DNA of 64,000 nt from a virus (lineage: Duplodnaviria > Caudoviricetes). Under the pieces are notes generated by a model. The model searched no databases. It saw only the letters and a program-made list of their open reading frames with translations, and had not been told where the DNA came from. Positions 1 to 9,933 of this stretch are shown here, one piece after another. The stretch covers positions 2,209-66,208 of IMG/VR virus record IMGVR_UViG_3300029983_000020; one strand, written 5' to 3'. Made by a program: the position numbers and the translations under genes. The stretch's first letter is position 1. Each line of letters opens with the position of its first letter.

Positions 1-643
1 TATTTCTATATTCTTCAGTTTGATAATTAATTTTATCTCTATTTTTGGCGCTTATCTGCATTTTAAATATAGATTCTTCAGAATGCTTTTTATGATATCT
101 TCCGTTTTTATCTCCGGATATTAAATAACCCTTCCCATACATCGAATTTTTTTCTCCTTTTCCACACTCTCTGTCTTTTCGTGTTTGTATAATTTTTTGT
201 ATTTCTTCAACACTTTTAATTCGACTTAATTTTTTCTTGTGATCTTCAGTTAAATGCTTTCCACGGTGAGCATTTCCTATTTTTATTTTAGTTTCATCTG
301 AAACTGCTCTTAAAACATATAATTCTCTTAAATACGCATAATCTCGAGCAGTGACTGTATATGTACGATCATGATTTGAATTTTTTGTATAACACATCCA
401 ATGAAAGGCATAAACTAATTTAATATTTTCATAATAAATATACGTCAATAATTTATGGCACATGAAATGTTCTTTAGGAACTAATAAAACTAAATTTTCT
501 TTATTATTATCTCCTCCTATACATTTTGGAAGTATATGATGATTTTCATAATATATAAAATCATCATGATTTTTATGTAATTTAATTCTATTTTCAGATT
601 TAGCTTTTTGAATAATAGTATTATAGATTTTTAGATGATTCAT
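1..643 (-). CDS. HNH homing endonuclease with NUMOD3-type DNA-binding motifs (3' end runs off the window)
   Basis: Not in the ORF track. Translated by hand from ATG at 643, which overlaps the upstream TGA: MNHLKIYNTIIQKAKSENR...YYENHHILPKCIGGDNNKENLVLLVPKEHFMCHKLL (HNH core), then SDETKIKIGNAHRGKHLTEDHKKKLS and GEKNSMYGK..KKHSEES (NUMOD3-like). Confidence 0.85.
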   Translation of the reverse strand, partial: MNHLKIYNTIIQKAKSENRIKLHKNHDDFIYYENHHILPKCIGGDNNKENLVLLVPKEHFMCHKLLTYIYYENIKLVYAFHWMCYTKNSNHDRTYTVTARDYAYLRELYVLRAVSDETKIKIGNAHRGKHLTEDHKKKLSRIKSVEEIQKIIQTRKDRECGKGEKNSMYGKGYLISGDKNGRYHKKHSEESIFKMQISAKNRDKINYQTEEYRN

Positions 644-1296
644 AGTATATTTAATTGATTATTTTCTTTAGCTATAAATGTTTCTATGACCCAAAAAGCG
701 TCTACAAAATCATCTATCCCCATTATCCAATTATTCTTTTTTCCACTTTGAAATTCAGATGGCGAATTTATGAGTGATTCTCTGAATTCACATTCTGGCC
801 CATTAACAATAAATGATTGAATCATCTCTGGTTTTCCCATTCCCTTTTTTGCACATCCGGCCACGCTCTTTATCGTTATAGGAGAATATGTAAACATTCT
901 ATCTAAAGAAACAAATTTTGATAAGTAATGCATTAACATATACTTATAGGCTCCTAATTGAATCACGTGAGCTCCTGAGGAGGCATAAGAGAGACCTTCA
1001 AACACTATATAAGGATTACTATTAAGGTAAATTTTCAGTGACTCCTGAATCAATTCCGATAAATATTGTGCATTTTTAACTCCATATCGCATAAGATCAG
1101 AAACATCAGTTCCTTTTTCCTTATCATCTTCTCGATTAAATAAAGTTACACCAGAGTTGTTATATAAATCAAACATTTTTAGTTTCATACCATAGGGCCA
1201 TCCAAAAAATTGCCAAGTAGGTAAAAATGGGAAATCTGTGGTGTAAATCGCAGCCGCGGGTTTATTGATTGAAAAATCAAAGCCAATTATAGTCAT
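640..1296 (-). CDS. RuvC-like Holliday junction resolvase
   Basis: RNase H-fold acidic motifs IIGFDFS, IVFEGLSYAS, PITIKSVAG..K...K..M and DDFVDAFW. Confidence 0.8.
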   Translation of the reverse strand: MTIIGFDFSINKPAAAIYTTDFPFLPTWQFFGWPYGMKLKMFDLYNNSGVTLFNREDDKEKGTDVSDLMRYGVKNAQYLSELIQESLKIYLNSNPYIVFEGLSYASSGAHVIQLGAYKYMLMHYLSKFVSLDRMFTYSPITIKSVAGCAKKGMGKPEMIQSFIVNGPECEFRESLINSPSEFQSGKKNNWIMGIDDFVDAFWVIETFIAKENNQLNIL

Positions 1297-1313
1297 CCAA
1301 TAAAGTTTAAAAA

Positions 1314-1640
1314 TTATTTTCCTAATGCAACTCCCATTGCTGTTGATACGAGGCGACTCGTAAGTAATTTACCAAGTGGACCATCTTTATTAATTCCCAG
1401 TACATTACAGATAGCATTTCCTATGGCAGGACCTACAAGTGCACCAACCGTGCCCCCGACTAGTGCTCCAAATAGACCCTCGTCAATCTGCTCACCCTTT
1501 TGAAGTTTTTCAACTAATACATTATAAACATGTTCTGCCTCTATAATTTGGTCAGGAGTGAGATCTTTTATTTGTTCTGATTCAAATATTTTTGAAGTAT
1601 TTGCATATTTCAAATCATAATATGTAGGAAAGTCTGTCAT
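1314..1640 (-). CDS. Small glycine-zipper protein, possible head-internal protein
   Basis: C-terminal GALVGGTVGALVGPAIG; IFE|S and IDE|G motifs resemble prohead-protease sites; late promoter motif upstream. Confidence 0.45.
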   Translation of the reverse strand: MTDFPTYYDLKYANTSKIFESEQIKDLTPDQIIEAEHVYNVLVEKLQKGEQIDEGLFGALVGGTVGALVGPAIGNAICNVLGINKDGPLGKLLTSRLVSTAMGVALGK

Positions 1641-1647
1641 TATAGTG

Positions 1648-1662
1648 TTTGTTTTATATATC
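1648..1662 (-). promoter_or_regulatory. Putative late promoter GATATATAAAACAAA
   Basis: Identical 15-mer at 20294-20308; recurrent ATATATA-A-rich motif upstream of structural genes, resembling the T4 late TATAAATA. Confidence 0.6.
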
Positions 1663-2789
1663 TATCTTTTTAGTACTGAATCGTATACTTTAGATAATTT
1701 TTCAGCTTGACAACTCCAAGTATGATTGTCACAAATTTTAATACCAGCATCTATATATTTTTGTTTATCTTCTTGTGAAAGATTAATCAATTTTTGGAAA
1801 GCTAATTCAATGCTATTTACTGTAGTTCCACAATTAATTGCATAATCTTCAGTTAAAAAATCTCCCATTCCATTAACAAACGATGACAATAAAATTGATT
1901 TACTAGCCAATGCTTCTAATGCCACAATGCCAAAGGGCTCATGTATTGAAGGAATTATTATAGCATCTGCTGTCATCAACCAGTCAATTTTTTCCTGACC
2001 ATATTTAGCACCAACAAAATAAGCATTTTCTGTTTTGTTGCAAAAATCTACCATTGCATCAAATAATTCACTATTTCCCCCGCTTGTAGTTCCTATGAAA
2101 ATTAGATCAATTTCATTTGGAATTTTACACTGAATAAGAGTTTGTATGTTTTTCATTTCAGCATATCTTCCTATATATACAAGTTTGATTGGATTATCTC
2201 CTGGCAACTTAACTTTTGTTTTGCTTACCCATTCATTAGAGTTAATTCCATTATGAATTATAGTAGTTTTTGGTAATAAAATAAATGGAAATAATTTTGC
2301 GTAACTTTCTGAAACTTGAATTATTGCGTTAGCTTCAATTAACCCGCTAATTTCAATAGCGCATGCCATCTGATATGATAAAACTTGTAAATAATGCGGA
2401 TGTTCTATTTGTTTTTCAATTGATAATTGCATCGTAACTACTAAAGGAATGTTATAGTGTTGAGCGATTATTCTACCAGCCCAAAATGCACTCCAATCAA
2501 ACGCATGAACAATATCGGGTTTATCAGATAATGACAATGCTTTTTCAATAAATAATGATTGATTTAAATAAGTTAATGAAAATGGCTCAGGATTTCCATC
2601 CAAGGTGTTCATTTTCATTACAGGATAATAATGATAATTTCGATTTCTAAATTCTTCTGAATTTGCGGAACCGATTACGTTAAAAACATAATTAGGTGGA
2701 AAGACGTCAAGCATATTTCTTGCTTGTTCGCCCATTCCACCCATAGGTTTTTTTAACTCATCAGGAATTAAAATTAAAATATTATTCAT
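1662..2789 (-). CDS. GT4-family (GT-B) glycosyltransferase
   Basis: GGMG N-terminal loop, PDIVHAFDW, IIHNGIN, YIGRYAEMKN and EPFGIVALEALA (EX7E) motifs. Confidence 0.92.
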   Translation of the reverse strand: MNNILILIPDELKKPMGGMGEQARNMLDVFPPNYVFNVIGSANSEEFRNRNYHYYPVMKMNTLDGNPEPFSLTYLNQSLFIEKALSLSDKPDIVHAFDWSAFWAGRIIAQHYNIPLVVTMQLSIEKQIEHPHYLQVLSYQMACAIEISGLIEANAIIQVSESYAKLFPFILLPKTTIIHNGINSNEWVSKTKVKLPGDNPIKLVYIGRYAEMKNIQTLIQCKIPNEIDLIFIGTTSGGNSELFDAMVDFCNKTENAYFVGAKYGQEKIDWLMTADAIIIPSIHEPFGIVALEALASKSILLSSFVNGMGDFLTEDYAINCGTTVNSIELAFQKLINLSQEDKQKYIDAGIKICDNHTWSCQAEKLSKVYDSVLKR

Positions 2790-3609
2790 AAATAGCTACT
2801 TTAAAACCTAACGAAGCATTAGGAGTAGAGTCCACATTTTTAAGCGCTATATTTAGAATAGTAGAACTATCTAGTTGTGTTAACCATGCTGATTCACACT
2901 GAACCTTTTTATCTAATCCTAAGAATCCTGTATTTAATGCTCCATACCATCCAACCAATACTCCTGCTCCAATATTTTCATATGAAGATATGCCTCTTAC
3001 TAAATAAGAATTTGTGTTATATTGCTCAGCATTTCCAGAACTTATCCACCATTCTCTAGCAGTTTTTAAATAATTTGAAGTAACTCTTAACATATTTGTT
3101 GGCACAACAAATGAATTATTTGGCAATTGAATTAATGTGTTAATACAAAAATTATATTGTCCGGCTATTGTTAAACCATCTTGAAGTGCTGGCAAATCAT
3201 TATTTCTTCCAATAAAGATTCTTGATATTAGTGATATGCTTGAATCCATAGCAGTTGAACTAAAAAACCCTATTAAAGCATTTGTTTTATTATGCAAAGA
3301 ACCTAAATCTACAGTTACAAGAGATCTTACACCTGCAGCAATAGATGGGATATTTCCCGAAGCTATTTTAATAGATGGATCTAAAAATACACCTCTAATC
3401 TGATTAACGGAAGCTGTTTTATTAGTGGATGCTTGTACAATTGCTATACTACAAGTACCATCCAAATATTCAGCTTTTGGAGTTACTGTCGGATCAATTG
3501 CCGGAAAATAATTTGCCAATTGATTACTTAAATTTAACACTAAATCAGCTACCATTTTTGCTGGGTCTGAATCATTGTAAATTACTGGAGGTGGAATAAA
3601 TTGATTCAT
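2782..3609 (-). CDS. Hypothetical, probable virion protein
   Basis: 275-aa ORF overlapping the GT4 start; contains DPS/DSS/NAS motifs like the tail proteins. Confidence 0.5.
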   Translation of the reverse strand: MNQFIPPPVIYNDSDPAKMVADLVLNLSNQLANYFPAIDPTVTPKAEYLDGTCSIAIVQASTNKTASVNQIRGVFLDPSIKIASGNIPSIAAGVRSLVTVDLGSLHNKTNALIGFFSSTAMDSSISLISRIFIGRNNDLPALQDGLTIAGQYNFCINTLIQLPNNSFVVPTNMLRVTSNYLKTAREWWISSGNAEQYNTNSYLVRGISSYENIGAGVLVGWYGALNTGFLGLDKKVQCESAWLTQLDSSTILNIALKNVDSTPNASLGFKVAIYE

Positions 3610-3639
3610 AAATTCAAGTTATTTTAATTCTTAAACATT

Positions 3640-3659
3640 TTATTTTTCTATATATATTC
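3640..3659 (-). promoter_or_regulatory. Putative late promoter (GAATATATATAGAAAAATAA)
   Basis: Variant of the recurrent ATATATA motif, upstream of 2782..3609 and the GT4 gene. Confidence 0.5.
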
Positions 3660-3685
3660 ACTTATGCTTTCTTATAATGTATATT

Positions 3686-4237
3686 TTAATTAGTTAATCT
3701 ACGCGAAATTTTATATCTATTATATAATAAATTTAAAGAAAATGTATTGAATTCAGCAGCAACTGTAGAGTAACTAATTGGTAACTGTGATAATAAAGTA
3801 GGAACTATTTTCTGAAATTCAAATGTCATTAATTCGAATCCATGATGATCAAGAAAACTTACATACATTGATGGCCAAAATGGTTGTTTAATACCATATT
3901 GTTGAAATAATTCTATTTGGTCAAATAGCATCCAATACGTTATAAACCCTTCAGTTAATTTAAATGTAATTGTAATATTTTTGTCAAGCATTGGCTCAAG
4001 TTCTTTTCCTCCACGATATTTTATATTAAACATTGTCTGAGGTTGATTAACAGGAGTAAGCACGACTTCAGGAAATGTAAGAGATTGAACAGTTGCATTA
4101 AAATAATCTTCAAGGGATAAATATTGAAGTTTTAATCTTTTAACTACAGGTGTCCAACGCTCTCTTATTTCAGGATAGAAAAAATCCTGCGGAAAATAAA
4201 TTGTGAATTGATTTAATTTTGCATTTAAAATACTCAT
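3686..4237 (-). CDS. Tail tube terminator / tube-fold protein (T4 gp3-like)
   Basis: TVQSLTFPEV...IKYRGG...ITITFKLTEGFITYWMLF...FEFQKIVPTLLSQL...FSLNLLY pattern, plus size and context. Confidence 0.55.
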   Translation of the reverse strand: MSILNAKLNQFTIYFPQDFFYPEIRERWTPVVKRLKLQYLSLEDYFNATVQSLTFPEVVLTPVNQPQTMFNIKYRGGKELEPMLDKNITITFKLTEGFITYWMLFDQIELFQQYGIKQPFWPSMYVSFLDHHGFELMTFEFQKIVPTLLSQLPISYSTVAAEFNTFSLNLLYNRYKISRRLTN

Positions 4238-4252
4238 TGTTAATTATTTATA

Positions 4253-6028
4253 TTATTCAATAGAAGATGAAGCAACCGCAGCATTTAATGAATTGACTTG
4301 TGCCTGTAATTCAGCTATTTTAGCTTGTAAATCCGTAGCTGTAAACATAGTACTATAATTAGAAATAACTGCTTGTAAGTTTGTCATGTCATAATATGTT
4401 CCTTGATAGAATGTATATTCACTTCCATTAGGATTTTTTACTATAATAGAATATACGTTATTTGCTTGTATTTTTAATGTTGATAATTGATTCTCTGTAA
4501 GTTTAAATTCAATTTCACCAATAGTGGTATTCATATTAGTTGAATATGTTGGGCCTACTTCAATTTTAGAATTATCATCAAGAATAAATGACAACGCATA
4601 ATTAAAAGCACCTGATAAATCAACATTAACTTTATCACCATTTGTACTAACTCTTTCAAATTTAAATTTATATATAGAATCAGTCGCTTTTAAAAATAAT
4701 GGGCCAGCTCCATTAGGAAAAACTTCATTAAAAGCATTCATAACAACTGTAACTGTATCATAAAACACTTTTACATATTTTATTTTTTCCAAACCACTAC
4801 CAGTTAAAATATTTGGTTTTTCGGCATCAAGTTTGTTAAATACTTTATAAGGAATGATATTTTCTACGTTAATTCTTGAAAACTTTAATCCATATTTTTT
4901 AGGATCAGTAGATGAAAATGATGCCTTTCTAATAATTTGAGTTCCATCCATTCTATTATTTAGTCTGCATACATATTGAATAGAATATGAAGCAGCTATA
5001 TCAGAATTGATTAAAATTGGGCGTAAAAAATTAGGATTTGAAAAATTTTCATCCTGAGTAAATGCATATTTTTGAGTAAGAATAGAAGCGCCCGGTATTT
5101 GTTCATATACAGAAATTTCATGAATAACAACCCATTTGTTTGCACCTGTTCCATAAGTATCTGTAAATTCTTGAAAATTATCATTAGGATTATTAGAAGT
5201 ATAAAGTGGAATTCTTCCAGATTCTATATCTCCCATATAATTTCCAATAATCAAATTATTCCAAGTAGCATAAAATTCAATGTAATCACCTGCAGTAGAT
5301 TCAGCAATATATGCATTGAAGTTATCTGCGTTACTTTGAACTGGAAGCTGCAAACTTGTGTTTTCACTAAGAATGTAGTAATTTTCTACAATATCATATA
5401 TTGTGCTATATGTAATGTGAACATCACTTAAATTTTTAATGCTAAGAACAGTTTCAATATCTTTGCTTAATGATTTGTTTCCCAACGCTTGAACTGATGG
5501 AATAGATAACTCTAAATATTTATCATAGAATTTATTTCCAAGAAACAATGTATTTGATGCAAACTTGATAACATTTCCATCAACTATTTGAGGTTGTTTT
5601 GCATACGTAAAATTAGCTAAATCAATTAATTTACCTGTAGAAGTTTCTGCTTGAAATTGTAACAAAAATCCACCGACGTCACTAAAATTATAACCAGAAA
5701 CTATATGTACTTTTATTTTATCAAGAGGATATGATGTAGTAGTAAGAGCTGTTGACGCTTCCCAAAATAATGGGTATGTCGATTCATAACTTACTGGGTC
5801 AAAAAACCACGTGGCTCTATTAACATCAGCTTGTATTGAATTAAGAGGTAGTACATTATGTGTAGTGCTTAACGCCGTTGAACCCTCATGAAAATATGTA
5901 GTATTAAAACTAGCATCTCCTACAACCATTGGCAGAGTTAACGCAGTTTCCACACCATCTCTATTAAACTCATATTCCAAGAGTAAAAATTCTGATAACG
6001 CGACGTATTTTGAAATATTATTAGCCAT
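4253..6028 (-). CDS. Putative virion structural protein
   Basis: 591 aa, beta-rich, C-terminal coiled coil, within the structural operon. Confidence 0.55.
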   Translation of the reverse strand: MANNISKYVALSEFLLLEYEFNRDGVETALTLPMVVGDASFNTTYFHEGSTALSTTHNVLPLNSIQADVNRATWFFDPVSYESTYPLFWEASTALTTTSYPLDKIKVHIVSGYNFSDVGGFLLQFQAETSTGKLIDLANFTYAKQPQIVDGNVIKFASNTLFLGNKFYDKYLELSIPSVQALGNKSLSKDIETVLSIKNLSDVHITYSTIYDIVENYYILSENTSLQLPVQSNADNFNAYIAESTAGDYIEFYATWNNLIIGNYMGDIESGRIPLYTSNNPNDNFQEFTDTYGTGANKWVVIHEISVYEQIPGASILTQKYAFTQDENFSNPNFLRPILINSDIAASYSIQYVCRLNNRMDGTQIIRKASFSSTDPKKYGLKFSRINVENIIPYKVFNKLDAEKPNILTGSGLEKIKYVKVFYDTVTVVMNAFNEVFPNGAGPLFLKATDSIYKFKFERVSTNGDKVNVDLSGAFNYALSFILDDNSKIEVGPTYSTNMNTTIGEIEFKLTENQLSTLKIQANNVYSIIVKNPNGSEYTFYQGTYYDMTNLQAVISNYSTMFTATDLQAKIAELQAQVNSLNAAVASSSIE

Positions 6029-6044
6029 TATATAAATTTATTTT

Positions 6045-6890
6045 TTAGAAACTATAAATGTTCCATGATAAAACAGGCCCTATTACAAGTCCGTATCCTC
6101 CTTTAGTTACATTAAATCCTGCAGCAGTACCCAAGCCTATACTAAAGCCCTGGAACCAATGTTTCTTTTTCATTAAATCTTTGAAAAATGGATTAGAGCT
6201 CGGGTCAATAAGAACTCCAGATAATTGTTCAACTGTAAATCCGGGATATTTACTTTGTATGAATATTCTTAATTTATCTTTTTCTACTTTTTGTCCCCAT
6301 GTGATATCTATTTGAGTAACTCTTTTAGTAAGTTCTGTATCTACGTGTTTAAGAATAAGAGGATTCTTTTTAAGAATTTTTATAGTTGTCTTTCCTGTAA
6401 AAATATCAAAATTTGTTAAATCATACTTGAATGGCAATGTCCATTCAGCAACAAATGTATTTGAATCTACTTTAACTAGTTCACCTATTATTTTATCTTT
6501 TTCTACAAGATATTTACGAAGAGTATTAGTGTCTTGTATTAATTGAATCACGGCATTATTTAATGAAATAACTTTTCCAGATTGCTCTTTTACTTTTGCA
6601 TACAAGTCTTTATTAAGATTTTTTAAATCTTTTTCTGTTGATACATATCCTGCTATAGAAGTTTGTAAAGCTCCACTTTTTAATCTCTCATTTTTAAGAG
6701 AGTCTGTAAGAGCAATTTGATTTTGGTTGCTTATAGCTTCTTTACGTTGAAATTCATTTATTCTTGAATGTTGAATAAGCATATAAATAATTAAGCCAAT
6801 TACTACTATTGCTAGAAAAAGCTGTGTTTTTACAAAAGCCCATACTTTTTGCGCGTTTGAAACAGTTACTACATTTTTTAATGTTATCAT
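6045..6890 (-). CDS. Membrane-anchored coiled-coil protein with C-terminal beta-hairpin (spanin-like candidate)
   Basis: N-terminal TM helix LFLAIVVIGLIIYMLI, coiled coil, C-terminal GFSIGLGTAAGF...LVIGPVLSWNIYSF. Confidence 0.5.
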   Translation of the reverse strand: MITLKNVVTVSNAQKVWAFVKTQLFLAIVVIGLIIYMLIQHSRINEFQRKEAISNQNQIALTDSLKNERLKSGALQTSIAGYVSTEKDLKNLNKDLYAKVKEQSGKVISLNNAVIQLIQDTNTLRKYLVEKDKIIGELVKVDSNTFVAEWTLPFKYDLTNFDIFTGKTTIKILKKNPLILKHVDTELTKRVTQIDITWGQKVEKDKLRIFIQSKYPGFTVEQLSGVLIDPSSNPFFKDLMKKKHWFQGFSIGLGTAAGFNVTKGGYGLVIGPVLSWNIYSF

Positions 6891-6906
6891 GATATTTTTA
6901 TTTTAG

Positions 6907-8817
6907 TTAAGCAGGATTAGGATAAAATTCCACATCTACTTCTGTAATTAAAGGTGCTCCTATTACATAGATCTGTGGTCCAGAATTATAATTTACATTA
7001 ATTGTAGCTTTAATATCTGCTTGTCCTTGTCCTCCTGGAATAGGTGATGTTACCCAATCTACATTACTTTCTAAAGTAAAACGTAGTGGAAAACTACTAT
7101 ATGGCGTTGATATTGATTGAGCATATTTATGTTTAGTACTTAATATTGCGCCCGGATTTAATTCATTAGATTCTGATGTCCAAGCAGATGTTGATAATAA
7201 AGTGCCTGTTTTTGTTCGTATTACTAATGATACGTATGGATTCTCTACAGAACCTCCAGGAACTTGAAAATTTGCAGCGTTAAAATCTATTGAAGTAATA
7301 ACATCAACCGTAGTTGTTAACGGAAGATTATATAAACTTATATCATATACGACAATTTGTTTTTTATAACTTGTACCATCAGATGTGATTGTATTTGTAA
7401 TAAGAAATGCTCCTGCAGTAACATCAGTTATATCTCCTTGTTGGATTATTGAAACATCTAAATAATGTCCAGCATAGGGATAAATTCTCATTACTCCAAG
7501 TCTTGGTCTGCCTGTATTTTCTTCAGCCCCAACAAAAATTGAACCGTCACATCCTGAAATACCTAATCCTGTAGTATATGAAATGATGCTCATAGCTGAA
7601 TCTGGGTTAGTTATTAAAGTAGGTGGGTACCAAAGTATATTAGAATTAACATCGAAACCGAATCCAGGCCCAACACAAGCATCTCTTGACATAGGTGCAT
7701 ACACAGGTTCGACAGACAGAGTGCCCGAAAATATTGTGCCATATTCCGAATTTCTACTCCAGCCATTTTTAAATAGCTTCATATAAAATTCATATGGATG
7801 TTGATCAGTATTACATAATCCATTAATAGATATTGTTCCCACAGGTTCGACATTTGAAAATACCAGTGGTTTAACAATTGAAGCATCTAAACGATAAGTA
7901 TTTCCATTAAAAGCAAGTACTTTTTCATAAAAATGTAATTCACCTTGTACACTTGAATCATTTGTAAAATCAGAAAGATTCCAAGATATTTCACAATCAT
8001 TCATATTTGTCACTCCATTAAATGATGGCGGCGCTCCTTCAAAATTTGAATCAAATAATGAATTGGCATTTATTTCATGATTTGTTAAAATTGCTCCATC
8101 AGGAGTATTAGGAGTAAATGTGTTAATCCCATATTGTTTAGTTATAATCATAGATGAAACGTCAAATATTAAATTTGTGTCTCTTATTACTCCAAGATTA
8201 TCAACATTTCCAATTCTAAAATTTGAGCTAGCTTCTTCATATACAATTGCTAATGCGTCTTTGTAATTTGTACTACCAATTGTATATGTAGTAAATGCAT
8301 TTATATCACCGACTTGTTTGATGTTGGTAAATTCGATTCTAGTAAAATTAATAGGAGGTATTCCATAGATATCATCCGGGGAACTTGTATAATCAACAGA
8401 TCCTGAAGCAGTGTGAACATTATCTATAATGTATTTTTGCCCTATATTACTATTGAAATAACGAGCATATCCTTCACTTGATGAAGCACCAAGTGGAACA
8501 AAAAATCCTCCGAGATTTATGTTAGCATACTTGTATTCATAAGTATCAGTTTCTGAATTTATTTCATATACTTTGCCTTCAGCATCTATGAACAAATCGC
8601 CCGTAACATAAAGTCTTCCATCTGGTAGAGGCAAATTCCCTAATATCCATAAATCAGTATTATTAATTATTCTATCAACAATTCTTGGGTCATTAATTGG
8701 GTCAATGCCTTCAAAATTTGTAAAGTACATTGATAAGCCTTGAAGCCCATCGATACCCTTAACGCCTTTTGATCCAAAGCCGGGCTTTCCTGGTGCATAT
8801 TTTAATTTATCATTCAT
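6907..8817 (-). CDS. Putative tail/baseplate protein, paralog of 8848..9927
   Basis: Shares KY..G..G.G.KG..G.DG.QG.SMYFT.F, YVTGDL..DA.G, FTRIE, LAIVY, FRIGNVD, G.ILTN.EIN and NVEP.G with its neighbour. Confidence 0.6.
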   Translation of the reverse strand: MNDKLKYAPGKPGFGSKGVKGIDGLQGLSMYFTNFEGIDPINDPRIVDRIINNTDLWILGNLPLPDGRLYVTGDLFIDAEGKVYEINSETDTYEYKYANINLGGFFVPLGASSSEGYARYFNSNIGQKYIIDNVHTASGSVDYTSSPDDIYGIPPINFTRIEFTNIKQVGDINAFTTYTIGSTNYKDALAIVYEEASSNFRIGNVDNLGVIRDTNLIFDVSSMIITKQYGINTFTPNTPDGAILTNHEINANSLFDSNFEGAPPSFNGVTNMNDCEISWNLSDFTNDSSVQGELHFYEKVLAFNGNTYRLDASIVKPLVFSNVEPVGTISINGLCNTDQHPYEFYMKLFKNGWSRNSEYGTIFSGTLSVEPVYAPMSRDACVGPGFGFDVNSNILWYPPTLITNPDSAMSIISYTTGLGISGCDGSIFVGAEENTGRPRLGVMRIYPYAGHYLDVSIIQQGDITDVTAGAFLITNTITSDGTSYKKQIVVYDISLYNLPLTTTVDVITSIDFNAANFQVPGGSVENPYVSLVIRTKTGTLLSTSAWTSESNELNPGAILSTKHKYAQSISTPYSSFPLRFTLESNVDWVTSPIPGGQGQADIKATINVNYNSGPQIYVIGAPLITEVDVEFYPNPA

Positions 8818-8825
8818 GAATCTTC

Positions 8826-8840
8826 TTTATTTATATATTT
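8826..8840 (-). promoter_or_regulatory. Putative late promoter AAATATATAAATAAA
   Basis: Contains TATAAATA, ~10 nt upstream of the ATG at 8817. Confidence 0.55.
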
Positions 8841-8847
8841 ACGCATT

Positions 8848-9927
8848 TTATAATGATATTCGAGTTGAAATATCTGATGAACGCTCCCATCCGTCTTGTT
8901 TAACCATCATGTGATAGTTGTATCGTTGCCCTATTTTAAGGCCATCAAATGTAACATATCCTGTCGGTTCTACATTATGTAGTATTATTGACGATCCTTC
9001 TGAAACATCTAATAAATTATAAACTTTTACAGTAGATGAGTCTTTTGAAAAATATAAATCACCTGATACTCCCGACCCAGATGCAAAATCAGCCAATGTC
9101 CAATATACATTAATTTTATGAGCTAATGAAGATGAACTATAAAAACTTAAAGGCTTGGCATTAAAAGATGGATCATTGAATAGAGTAATAGGGTTAATTT
9201 CTCGATTTGTCAAGATATTTCCATCTGGTGTATTTAGTCCAAAATTATGAGGTCTATTATGAATCACTAATGATGCATCTAATGTCAAACTAGTGTTACG
9301 TATAGTGTCTAGAAAATCTACATTGCCAATTCTAAATGATTCAGTATTAACATCATATACTATTGCTAATGATTGATTATCATCTACAAATTTATTCTCC
9401 GCTGTAGAGTATAATGAAAAGGCGTTTTTAGAATTTTCAGATATGTCACAATATTCTATTCTCGTAAATTCCTTTAAAGGCACTCCATAAATAGTTTTGC
9501 CTGTTACATAATCATTAGGAGTTAACATTCTTACATTATCGATTAAATATCCCTCACTTGGATTATTGATGTTATAATATCTTCCGAAACCATCTGGAGT
9601 ATCAGTAAGCCATTCAAAGAAATCTACCTTTGAGAATTTGCCAACAGTGGGTGAAAATGTAAATGTCTCAGCATCTATAGTAAAAATGTCTCCTTTGGCG
9701 TCTACTAATAAATCACCTGTTACATAAGTTTTGCCTAAAGGTAATGATGTTTGAGGAGGAGCACTACTCCATAAGACGTAATTATTTTCTATAGCATTTT
9801 CTATATTAGCCATATTAAATATTGCATCAAAATCTGTAAAATACATAGACATTCCTTGAAAGCCGTCAGATCCACTAGCACCCTTAGCACCATATCCTAT
9901 TAATCCTGCTGAGTATTGATATTTCAT
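8848..9927 (-). CDS. Putative tail/baseplate protein, paralog of 6907..8817
   Basis: Colinear similarity to the first ~360 aa of 6907..8817. Confidence 0.6.
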   Translation of the reverse strand: MKYQYSAGLIGYGAKGASGSDGFQGMSMYFTDFDAIFNMANIENAIENNYVLWSSAPPQTSLPLGKTYVTGDLLVDAKGDIFTIDAETFTFSPTVGKFSKVDFFEWLTDTPDGFGRYYNINNPSEGYLIDNVRMLTPNDYVTGKTIYGVPLKEFTRIEYCDISENSKNAFSLYSTAENKFVDDNQSLAIVYDVNTESFRIGNVDFLDTIRNTSLTLDASLVIHNRPHNFGLNTPDGNILTNREINPITLFNDPSFNAKPLSFYSSSSLAHKINVYWTLADFASGSGVSGDLYFSKDSSTVKVYNLLDVSEGSSIILHNVEPTGYVTFDGLKIGQRYNYHMMVKQDGWERSSDISTRISL

Positions 9928-9933
9928 GTGTTA

